From the NCBI GenBank assembly GCA_951406725.2, contig OX597818.1, positions 108,004,001 to 108,068,000 on the forward strand: a stretch of 64,000 bases of DNA, written 5' to 3'. The notes beneath the pieces are model-generated. The model was not told where the DNA came from, made no database searches, and worked only from the letters and a program-made list of their open reading frames with translations. The position numbers and the translations under genes are program-made. Positions 52,553-64,000 of the stretch are shown one piece after another (within the stretch, counting starts at the first letter, position 1; each line of letters begins with the position of its first letter). The stretch comes from Octopus vulgaris (taxonomy: Eukaryota).

Positions 52553-52800
52553 CGGCGGTGGTGGTGGTGGTGGTGGTGATGCTTGTCTTGGTCAGTATGG
52601 AAAAAAAAACCTGTGGGCAGTTTTACAAATGTAGACAGTAACCATAGTGGTGGTGGTGGTGGTGGTGGTTTGAGCATTTTTGTTTGTTGCTGTTGGAATT
52701 GTTGCATTTGTTATAGTTACTGGGGTGGTTGGTAGTGATGGGTGTGGAAGCGTCGATGATGGTGGTGGCGGTAATGGTGGTGGTGGTGGTGGTGGTGGTG
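51300..52800. repeat. (AAG)n, polypurine, (TAG)n, (GGT)n tracts interleaved with unique sequence
   Basis: Read directly. Confidence 0.85.
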
Positions 52801-53240
52801 GTGGAGATCGTTGTCTGTGGTTCTTTTGCAGTGATTGATGTCCCACCTGAAAGATTAGAAAGCTTGCAAGACCATCAAAGATAACCTATTAGGAAACAGA
52901 AAATAAAAAGAAAGAAAAAAATGGGACAAGAGGAGCTCAGTTTGCAGTGAGGTTACCATTTTTTAGCTGAAGGAAACAGGATTGAGAGAATCACTGAGGA
53001 CGATGGCATTTAGTTCCATATTTACGCTGATGATGGGAACGCACTTGTTATTCTTGTAATGAGAGTGTTTACTATATTGATGGGCTCAAGACAAGAATGG
53101 AACAACGAAAGATCAAGCGCCAAGTAATATACAATATACGTGTGTGTGTGTGTGTGTGTTTGTGTGTGTGTTTGTGTGTGTGTGCACAAACACAATGACA
53201 TTTAATCTAAGATATAGCGACACAAGTACACATGTGTATG

Positions 53241-53635
53241 TGGCTGTGTGGTAAGTAGCTTGTTTACCAACCACATGGTTTCGGGTTCAGTCCCACTGTG
53301 CGGCACCTTGGGCAAATGTCTTCTACTATAGCCTCGGGCCGACCAAGGCCTTGTGAGTGGATTTGGTAGACGGAAACTGAAAGAAGCCCGTCGTATATAT
53401 GTATATGTGTGTGTGCATGTATGTTTGTGTTTGTTCCCCTAACATTGCTTGACAACCGATGCTGGTGTGTTTATGTCACCATCACTTAGCGGTTCGGCAA
53501 AAGAGACCGATAGAATAAGTACTGGGCTTACAAAGAATAAGTCCCGGGGTCGAGTTGCTCGATTAAAGGCGGTGCTCCAGCATGGCCGCAGTCAAATGAC
53601 TGAAACAAGTAAAAGAAAGAGTAAAGAGTAAGAGT
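53241..53635 (+). mobile_element. Family A SINE, near full length
   Basis: TGGCTGTGTGGTAAGTAGC...GGGTTCAGTCCC...TGACTGAAACAAGTAAAAG. Confidence 0.9.
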
Positions 53636-53929
53636 GTATATATACATATCTTTATACAACAGGCTTCTTTCAGTTTCTGTTGAGCAAATCCACTGAGAAA
53701 GTTTGGGTTAGTCCGGGATCACGCTAGATTGAACCCCAAACCCCATGGACAGGGAAACAAGATTTTTAACCATACAGCCATGTCTGTGGTGTATACACAC
53801 ACACAAACTTGTTTATACAAGTGCATGTACACATACATACTCACACAGATATATGTATGCATATGTATATGTATTTATATATTTATATGTATATATATAT
53901 ATATATGTATGAATATGTATGTATATATA

Positions 53930-54114
53930 TGGTGGCACATAAAATCACCCACTACACTCTCGGAGTGGTTGGCGTTAGGAAGGGCATCCAGCTGTAGAAA
54001 CACTGCCAGATCTGACTGGCCTGGTGCAGCCTTCGGGCTTGCCAGACCCCAGTTGAACCGTCCAACCCATGCTAGCATGGAAAGCGGACGTTAAACGATG
54101 ATGATGATGATGAT
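53930..54114 (+). mobile_element. Family B repeat
   Basis: GGAGTGGTTGGCGTTAGGAAGGGCATCC...GGACGTTAAACGATGATG. Confidence 0.85.
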
Positions 54115-54376
54115 ATGTGTGTGGTTTGTGTGTGTGTTTAGTTTATAGATGACAGGCAGATATTTTCTGTATAGAATACACTTGGTAGTGCTCAAGAGAT
54201 TTAAACTTGAGCAGGCAGTGGAGGAAATGTATGGATGAGCAAGTTAGGCAAGTTGATATACAAAAAATGCATTTAATACCAAAAGTGTATATATGCTTAC
54301 ATATAAAAAAATGTCTGACATACACAGAATAGAAATGATATCAGGAATTAAACAGGTTGAATAAGAGTTTAACGAG

Positions 54377-54436
54377 TCCAACAGCTGTTTCTGGGGTGTC
54401 CAAAATAATGACTGTAAATTGATCCCATCATCGGAT
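54377..54436 (-). ncRNA. Degenerate hammerhead motif (CCGAUGA variant)
   Basis: Minus: CCGATGA TGGG [loop] CCCA GAAA C AGCT G TT GGA; palindromic stem III, weak stem I. Confidence 0.45.
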
Positions 54437-54517
54437 AATACCAGCCTCTGTCTTCAAGGAAGAATTTTACATTTGAGGTGTTGACACAAATGAGATTAAA
54501 GACGGAATATATATATT

Positions 54518-54713
54518 ACTCTTTTACTCTTTTACTCTTTTACTTGTTTCAGTCATTCGACTGCGGCCATGCTGGAGCACCGCCTTTAGTCGAGCAAATC
54601 GACCCCGGGACTTATTCGTCGTAAGCCCAGTACTTATTCTATCGGTCTCTTTACGACGTGGACGCAAACAAATCAGCATCGGTTGTCAAGCAATGCTAGG
54701 GGGACAAACACGG

Positions 54714-54765
<52 letters not shown>

Positions 54766-54915
54766 GGCAGGCTTCTTTCAGTTTCCGTCTACCAAATCCA
54801 CTCACAAGGCATTGGTCGGCCCGAGGCTATAGCAGAAGACACTTGCCCAAGATGCCACGCAGTGGGACTGAACCCGGAACCATGTGGTTGGTTAGCGAGC
54901 TACTTACCACACAGC
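54518..54915 (-). mobile_element. Family A SINE
   Basis: (ACTCTTTT)3 tail, CpG-retaining body. Confidence 0.9.
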
Positions 54916-54928
54916 AAGCACTCACACT

Positions 54929-54976
<48 letters not shown>

Positions 54977-55548
54977 CATATAATTATATACATACATAAG
55001 TACACACACATATATCTGTATATTGCTCTGACTACATGACAATGGGGAACCTGTTGCTGTGCACTGCGAACCTTAAATCACTGGTATTAAGTGACATCAT
55101 AGGGGTCAATTAATGCTAAAAATTTGCAAGATGGCAGAGATAGGATTGTTTCAATTGAGAGTAATCATGATAAAGGCCAATAACAAATTTAGTTACAGAA
55201 AAAAATACAATTTATTTTTTAAAATGAACTTTTAAAAACAGATAAGTGGATTATTTCCAGGAGATTAGCAAACTGTTGTTAAAATTTGTTGGTTTCATAA
55301 AACTCTGAAGACAATTTTTCAAATATCAGACAAAATTTTAAAATAGCAACAAAATTGTCATCTAGCTAAAATAGTAACAAACAATTCATAATTATTGAAA
55401 TTCTTCTGAAAATTACATGCCAAGAAGATCCAGCATAATGGGATGGAAAAACCCTCTCTTTGTTCAAATCATACAATAGCAATAGAAACCATGCATCTTG
55501 TGAAGTACTGAGGGCTATAAAATCTTGTCTCTCAAAAACTTCACTTCG

Positions 55549-55777
55549 TTAACCCATTAAGTCCCACTGTCCTATAAATAGGACACTAAATGAGAACATT
55601 AAATAAGCTATATCACATTGTCTCAGTGTCCTATTTATAGGACACCCAGTATTTCCATTTCTACTTGAAGTAAAGGAGTTTAAATAATTATTTTTTTCAC
55701 TTTAACCTATTTTCAATCATCTGTAAAAATTTAAAAGTAATATTCAGAAATTTAAGTACTCTGGGACAATGGGTTAA
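55549..55777. mobile_element. piggyBac-type MITE (221 bp between TTAA sites)
   Basis: TTAA|CCCATTAAGTCCCA ... TGGGACAATGGG|TTAA, with subterminal inverted pair TGTCCTATAAATAGGACACT / AGTGTCCTATTTATAGGACA. Confidence 0.8.
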
Positions 55778-55849
55778 AAAGACTTTGAACTCGAATTTTA
55801 TTATCCACTCAGAACATTTAAAAATTATCAATTGATGAAATCTTCTAGA

Positions 55850-56240
55850 TGCAGGCATGCCTACATGGTAAGAAGTTTGCTTTCTTACTATAGAATTTTG
55901 GGTTAAATTCCGCTGTCTCACACCTTGAGTGTTTTCTGCTGTAGTTCCCATAGACAAATCAGAAAGAAATCTATCATTCATGTGTGTGTGTGTCTGAGAG
56001 AGATTGCTTATCTCTCTTTGTCTTGAACTCTCATGGTAGTTGTAAATGAGTGTAACTACAACTCAAGGTGTCTAATTCGTTTCCAATATTCTGTGAAAGA
56101 ACGTCTATGAAATATTACCTTCCTTAGAAAAAAGTGAGGATTGGTGACAGGAAGAGCACCTTCTCTAAGAAAATCCATCTCAGTAAACTCCTTCTGACTG
56201 ATGCCAGCATGGAAAAGCAGACATTAAAATGATGACAATG
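55850..56240 (+). mobile_element. Old SINE with A-like head and B-like tail
   Basis: GCAGGCATGCCTACATGGTAAGAAG... (TG)n ... GGATTGGTGACAGGAAGAGCA...GCCAGCATGGAAAAGCAGACATTAAAATGATG. Confidence 0.65.
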
Positions 56241-56554
56241 ACAATTCTAATATTTAAATAATCATACACAAAATTTTACTTTCCATCCTGAAGAAGAGTC
56301 AAATGTTTTTTATATAAACCCTCAACACAACTTAGATATTTACTTTAACAACAATCCATTCTCCCAATACTTTCAAACACAACATATTGTTTTCTATCCT
56401 AATAACTTGAAACTCTTCTAAATCCTTAAAAGTTTACATTATTTCCCTCCCACTCATTCATATACATACATTGTGGATATATATATATATTGGGAGAGTT
56501 TACGAAAAAAACAAAAGACGAAATCAGGTGGTGTACAAAACAAACAGATGTATG

Positions 56555-56600
<46 letters not shown>

Positions 56601-57239
56601 CATATATACATATATATAGATGTGCATATATATTTATGATCGTATATATAGTTTGTGTGTGGAGCATCTGCCCATGTCTATACATACATACATAGCTACA
56701 TACATGCATATCTATATTTTCATACATACACTCATTCATACATGCACCTGCAAACACACACACACACACATACATACACATACACACACATACACTTACT
56801 CACTGGCAAGTGATTTCTCCCTGGTGGAGAAAACAATCAACTGAAGAAAGCTTCCAATAATGGTAGGCTTACGATGGAATAATATTTATCCAAAGCTGAA
56901 TCTACATGATTTGCTACTCAGAGTTTGTCATTCCTGGAAGGAAATGTGTTTGTGTATGTGTGTGTGAGTGCGTGTGTGTGCATGTGTGTGTGTGTGTGTA
57001 TGTGTGTGTGTGCCTTTGTCGACTGACTGACAACAAACCTTAATTTTTGTTTACTGTTGAAAAGATTAGTGCAATAGACGAAACTTCTGTCTGTGTAAAC
57101 AATTCCTCACAACTACAAACTTCAATGAAGCAGCTAAATCGCCCTCAGTCAATACTCCATCACCCACCCACCCACCCACTCACTCACTCTTATATCCTAC
57201 TCTCTTAACTTATACCCTTTTGTGTAATTGTGCAGACAC

Positions 57240-57840
57240 ATACTAAAACGCATATGGCCTTCCATTGCATACATTGTCTATCCAGGGCTAAACAATTATT
57301 TCCAGGACCTCAATGTAGGTGGCAGAGTTAACTGTAAGGCTTTGTGGAAAGAAGTAAGGTGGCATCACATGTCCTTCATTGCTAACAACCCCTAAAACCA
57401 TGACAGTTGCCCAACATTTTGTATGCATAACTTGGAACTGCAGAAAGGTCTGCATATAACAATCTGTCATTTATTCTGATAATTTGATCCAGCAGGATTT
57501 TTCAGTTTAAGAGCCTTTTAGATCTGATGTAATGATTCTCTTTTGCTTTTTCTGACATAAATTGACCTTTCCTCATCATATAACACTTATATCTGATGCC
57601 TTCATGCACAACATTTCTGATTGTTCTTTCTGACACATGGGGATCTTTTGCAATTGACCTCAGGGACTTTCTGGGATTATAATCAATGATCTGTTGTCCT
57701 TGCTGGATAAATTCAGGTGTTTTGATAATTTCAGGGCATTTGGAATGCTTTTTTATGCTTTGATATTGGTGATATGTTTTTATCTCTAGTCTTTTACTCC
57801 TTACAAACTTTGTAGACAAAAGATCAGGCAACTTTTAAAA
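57240..57840 (-). pseudogene. Tc1/mariner-superfamily transposase fragment (DD37D/maT-like)
   Basis: HTH region RKSLRSIAKDPHVSERTIRNVVHEGIRYKCY...KENHYIRSKRLLN and catalytic-domain stretch VMVLGVVSNEGHVMPPYFFPQSL.VN...YIEVLE.IV.PWID; stops and deletions. Confidence 0.85.
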
Positions 57841-58329
57841 AAGCTTACCCCACATATAAAGAAGGACACCACTTTTCTCTTGTTTTAACTTCCACCAGAT
57901 ATGTCCCTGCTAAAGTCACACAACAATACGTGGTGGGTATAAAATGGGTAATAAATTAAGTCTACCAACTAGATTTGGTCAATGTAGAAATGCAAAGAGG
58001 CATGATGGTCAAGTGTGGAATGTCCTGGGACTAAAGAATATTCACAATCTTCATTAAGACAGCAAGAGATAAAGCTGTATGAAAACCGATCAAGAAATAT
58101 TGATTATTATTAAACTTTTAGGAAATAATAAAAACGGTGATCTGGTTCTGGAAATCTGCCCTGAAATTTGTCTCAGAAGATGAAACTAAATTGTGCAGAA
58201 AGGATTAACTCCTCCAGGGAGTGAAGGTTTTAGCTCTCCCAGTTGGTTCTTGTCTCTTTATGATGTAAAATACTTTATTATTCATAGATTTTATACACTG
58301 TGTAGACAGATAGGTGGGTAGGTGGGTAA

Positions 58330-58538
58330 TTATGTATGTATGTATGTATGTATGTATGTATGTATGTATGTATGTATGTATGTATGTATGTATGTATGTA
58401 TGTATGTATATATGTATGTAGGTAGGTAGGTTAGTAGGTAGGTATAGATGTAGGTAGGTGGGTAGGTTAGTAGGTAGGTAGGTAGATAGATAAATAGATA
58501 GATAAATAGACAGATAGATAGATGGGTGATAGGTAGGC

Positions 58539-58570
<32 letters not shown>

Positions 58571-58654
58571 GGACAGACGGACAGACGTACAGATGGACAG
58601 ACGGATGGACAGACAGACAGGCAGGGAGGCAAGCGGGTAGACAGACAGACTGAC

Positions 58655-58687
<33 letters not shown>

Positions 58688-58901
58688 TGTTTCTTTATTA
58701 GCCACACAGGGCTGCACACAGATAGGACAAATTACAAGGTAGAGCTTTTCTTTTAGGGGTAAAAAAAAAGGAGAGTGGTGGTTTTCGATCAAAAGGGATC
58801 GTAAAAGGAAAGAAAAAGGACAAAAAAAAAGGGGGAGGGGTTAAAAAAAGGGGGGGAGAGAAAAAAAATGAATAATAGGGATCGTTATCACAGAAATGTC
58901 A

Positions 58902-58966
<65 letters not shown>

Positions 58967-59000
58967 GAGATAGATAGATAGATAGATAGATAGATATTTA
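58330..59000. repeat. Tetranucleotide microsatellites (TATG, TAGG, GATA, GACA)
   Basis: Read directly. Confidence 0.95.
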
Positions 59001-59608
59001 GTGGGCGAGAGAGAGACCAAAGTATGATAAGTGATAAGGAAATGGAAAATCAGTTCCATCATAGCTTTTCTGGCCAGAAATACACAATTCTTCAGCTAAA
59101 AGCCATGACGAGTAAAAGATTTCCAGAGAAAAATAAAGAAACAGGGCAGCAGCAGCAGGTCTGACCAGTTCTTAGACCTCCCAGCATCTGTGGACGGAGC
59201 AGATTTGGATGAATAAGCTTTCACTGGACGACCGTGACATATTTCTGCTTTCTGTTTCTTTTTCACTTGCTCCAGTCATTAGAGTGGCCATGCTGGGGCA
59301 CCACCTTGAAAGAATTTTAACTGACTGAATCGACTTATTTTGTTTTCTTTAAGCCTGGAACCCATTTTATTGGTCGCTTTTGCTGAACTGCTAAGTTATG
59401 TGCCTGGAAACATCAACACTGGTTGCCATGTGGTAGTAAGGGACAAACACAAACACACACACACACACTAACACACACATGCACACACATGCACACACAT
59501 CACATAAACACACACACAGACACACGCATACACGCACATGCACATATACTCAAACATATGTATATATATGTATGTATACGTGTGTGTATATATATATATA
59601 TGTATACT

Positions 59609-59669
<61 letters not shown>

Positions 59670-59672
59670 ACT

Positions 59673-60159
<487 letters not shown>

Positions 60160-60706
60160 GTATACACACATATATATATATGTGTGTGTGTGTGTGTGTA
60201 TACAATGGGCTTCTTTCAGTTTCCTTCTACTAAATCCACTCACAAAGCTTTGGTCAACCCGACGCTATAGTAGAACACACTTGCCCAAGGCGCCCCATAA
60301 TGGGACTGAAGCCAGAACCAAACTTCTTACAACACGGCCACAAAGAAGATCAGGAGGATGCAGCACGGCCAATATTTCCTTTCCGAAGTTGCAGGAGTTT
60401 CGTTTCTAGAAAACTTGGTCACTTTTTCCAGCAGGCTGAGTGACCACATAGAGACTCACTTCAGTGATTCAATCACCCATTAACAGATACATGTGGTCAG
60501 CAGAGGTCAGCAAAAGCATGAGATAAATGAATATTCAATCATGAAGACATGAACAAATTGAGGGTGGAGGAGGAGGAGGAAGACGGGGGGTGGGGGTGGG
60601 GGAAACAGTTGGATGGGGGTGCGGTTGCTCGGCTGTGATGGATGAGCAGCAGCTAGTTGGATAGATAAATAGGAGATGAAATAAGATTGATAGATTTTGG
60701 TAGGAG

Positions 60707-60756
<50 letters not shown>

Positions 60757-60919
60757 CCTCATATATATATATCGATATAGTTATAGATACACAGAGAAAC
60801 ATATTAATATATATCCATATCTATGTCTATCTATCCACACACACACACACACACACACACATATAATATGTATATACATATAATAAATACATATATGCAT
60901 TTGTATCTAAATACATACC

Positions 60920-60950
<31 letters not shown>

Positions 60951-61042
60951 CATATGATATATATACATTTTTATATATCATTATATATATATATTTTTAT
61001 ATACATAGCTATATATATATAATATATATATATATATATGTG

Positions 61043-61080
<38 letters not shown>

Positions 61081-61335
61081 AGAATAGAAATACACGCATA
61101 CATAATACATACATGTACACACACAAACACACACACAAGAAGAAGAAGAAGAGGAAGAGGACGAAGAAGAAGAAGAAGAAGAAGAAGAAGAAGAAGAAGA
61201 AGAAGAAGAAGAAGAAGAAGAAGAAGAAGAAGAAGAAGAAGAAGAAGAAGAAGAAGAAGAAGAAGAAGAAGAAGAAGAAGAAGAAGAAGAAGAAAATTGG
61301 GGCGATGGAGACTGAAAACTTGTAAAATAGGGAGA

Positions 61336-61386
<51 letters not shown>

Positions 61387-61985
61387 GGTTGGGGGTGAGC
61401 GGTATATAGAGAGGCAGAGGCAGAGACAGCTTGCTGTTCACAGTAACGAGTGAAGCAAGTGGAGTGAGGCCTGGAAAAGCCGTCGTTGCTAAAGCTCCTT
61501 GATGAATCATCTTATAATTGTATCATAGATCTTCATTTGTAGCAAAAGGAAACTATGCATCTCTTCAATTTAGATTTAAAAAGCAAAAAGATAACGAAAC
61601 AATAGTCATTTTCGATGCAGTGATACAATTTATCGTTGAATGTAGTGCCATCATTAAAACACAGTTATATTTATGAGTGAAATCTGCAGCAGGGTTTCAT
61701 TTGAATGCAAATCCTACCCATTCATAGTAGCCTTAACTAAATAAAAATGACATCAGAATAAACAGAATAATACAATAACAGAATAACAGAATAATACAAT
61801 AAAAACAGCTGAAACAACGGAAAGAAAACGGGGAAAGTAAATGAAACAATTATTGAACTCATAGAATATATAATACAGTCAAATATGGACACACCCACAC
61901 ACACGCACATATACACTCACACATGCACATACATGCATTGTATACATTCACATATATACACACACACACATATATATACACGCAC

Positions 61986-62018
<33 letters not shown>

Positions 62019-63214
62019 AACATGCTCTAACATAGTTGCATTTACATATGTAAAGTCTCACACAAACACACATTTGCATATACACACATGTGTACATATA
62101 CACCCCTATTCATACATGTATGTATATATGCATGTGTGTGCGTGTGTATTATATATATATTACATATATACATATATATGTATGTATGTATATATATATA
62201 TGTATATGTATACATATATATATTTGTATGCTTGTATGCATGTATAAATGAATGTGTGTATAAATGTGTTTGTGTATGTCTGCATGCATGCATGTATATA
62301 TGAATGTGTGTGTGTGTGTGTGTGTGTATGTTTGTGTATGTGTATCTGTATGTATCTGTGATTAAAGACATACTGCCATCCTCATCGTCAAAATGCTAGC
62401 AGAACGGTGAATGTGGAATGGTGCATATGTTTATGAAGAAACGGCATTCAGAGGTAGCAGCATGAATTAGTAAGACAGGTGAGTGTATATATGAGAATGC
62501 ATGCAAATAAATATTCTGTTAATCACACATTTATTTACACTCACCTAGCCCCCCACCTCTCTCTCTCTACATACATATTTGTTTTTGTTTTTTGTTTTTT
62601 TTTGTTGTTTCACACCATAGAAATGAACGTCTACCCATAAAACCACTTCTACTCACACATGCACACACATGTGTGTGTGTCCATGCTCATACACAACCTT
62701 ACAGGCAAATACATAAACGCACAAAGCATCTCTGACCACACATACAGTTTGTAATACCACATCATACAACTGCTTCCAAACATCCTTCTTCAGAAATATA
62801 CACATTCACACACACACATACACACATGCACAAATATTCACACACATGCACACACATGCACATTATACATGTGTGTATATATACATTCATACATATGTAC
62901 ATATACATATGCACACATGTACATTATATATATGTATGTGTGTATATACATACATGCATACATACATATAATACACACACACACAAACATGCACATTACA
63001 TATGTGTGTGTGTGTGTATTTACATACATACATATACATATACACACACACATACACATGCACATTATATACATGCGTGTATACATACATAATTGCACAC
63101 ACACACACACACACACATACACACATGGGTATCCTCACACTCCCTGTTCTCTTTTAATGTTCGTTTTCTGTGCTGGTATGGGTTGGACTGGTTCATCTGT
63201 GTGTTGATGCGTAA

Positions 63215-63700
63215 TCGTGTCTTTTGCATCTATGGTACCATGTGTTAATAGAGGTGATATTGTCTAAGCAGGTGAAACTGGTTTTGATGTGCGATTCTTG
63301 GGAAAGGCCTTTTAATTAGTGCCAAGAACTACTAGCTACATTGTTGAAATGTTTCGGTTAGATGGAGGATTGAACCAGATTATCTTTTTCTTTCTGACTT
63401 TCTTACAGTTCAGTAATGGGATTGGAGTGTCTTCCATATGTGCTAAGTTTTCCATGAATCCATTCCTCACTAATGCCTTGTTATAATGGAGTGGGGGGGT
63501 CTATTGAAGATCTTTCTATCTACTGATTGCTTAGAGATTCTTCCACTTATGCCTGTGACTAAGTTTCTAACTCCAGCTTGTAACTAGCTGGACTTTCTGT
63601 GGATACATACAGTTACCACATTGGGCTTCTAGTATGAGGAGTACTTGCCTATTTTCAGGGCCAGGGTTATGTCCAGGAAGTTAACAGTTGAATTTTGTCA
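63215..63700 (-). pseudogene. Penelope-like element reverse transcriptase C-terminal (thumb/linker) fragment
   Basis: STVNFLDITL / GKYSSY*KPN...IHRKS...VRNLVTGISGRISK.S.DRKIFN / HYNKALVRNGF...KVRKKKIIWFNPP; abuts (TA)n at 63713. Confidence 0.8.
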
Positions 63701-64000
63701 AATCGGTTTTGACTATATATATATATATATATCAGTGGCAACTCAGGCTTTGCCCAAGTATAAATTTAGTTAAATGAACATGTATTTGCAAGCTGATTTA
63801 ATTTCTGCTAACACTGACTTCAAGTATGTAGTTGCTGCCAATAACTTGGGCTTCTTTTGAGCCTGGTTGCAGTTCATTTATTTTCATTCAGCACCTGACG
63901 ATCGTCTTAGAGGTACCGTGTGTCAAAAATATAATTCATAACAGACATTCTCTCAACATCGTTCACATACGCCTGACTCAGGCTCAGAAGTTAAAACCTG

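Noticed and set aside
63895-63930. CTGACGA beside the PLE RT fragment
   Set aside because: No matching stem II or GAAA within the window.

Overview
AT-rich, microsatellite-saturated animal DNA. No intact protein-coding gene, rRNA, true tRNA or CRISPR array can be supported. The repeat families (tRNA-headed SINEs with internal (TA/CA)n, RTE LINEs with (GAT)n tails) look like octopus DNA, but the species assignment is my inference. The window is a transposon graveyard: three main high-copy retroposon families (called A, B, C here) and decayed ORFs of RTE, CR1-type and RLE-type (R2/R4-like) LINEs. It also holds a Penelope-like RT, a mariner and a DD37D/maT-like transposase, and TTAA MITEs. Most ORFs in the track are simple-repeat artefacts. 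The main signal is a set of at least ten short fold-back (palindromic) inserts, mostly in (TA)n tracts. Several of these and related TA-linked inserts carry minimal type I hammerhead ribozyme motifs with palindromic stem III (one with an intact core at 59963-60005, minus strand), as known for Penelope-like elements. Also notable are a ~1 kb palindrome centred on (TA)n, an exact 48-bp templated insertion at the apex of a mariner palindrome, and a 6x AP-1 motif array made by slippage in a SINE tail. Coordinates were counted by hand and element ends are approximate.
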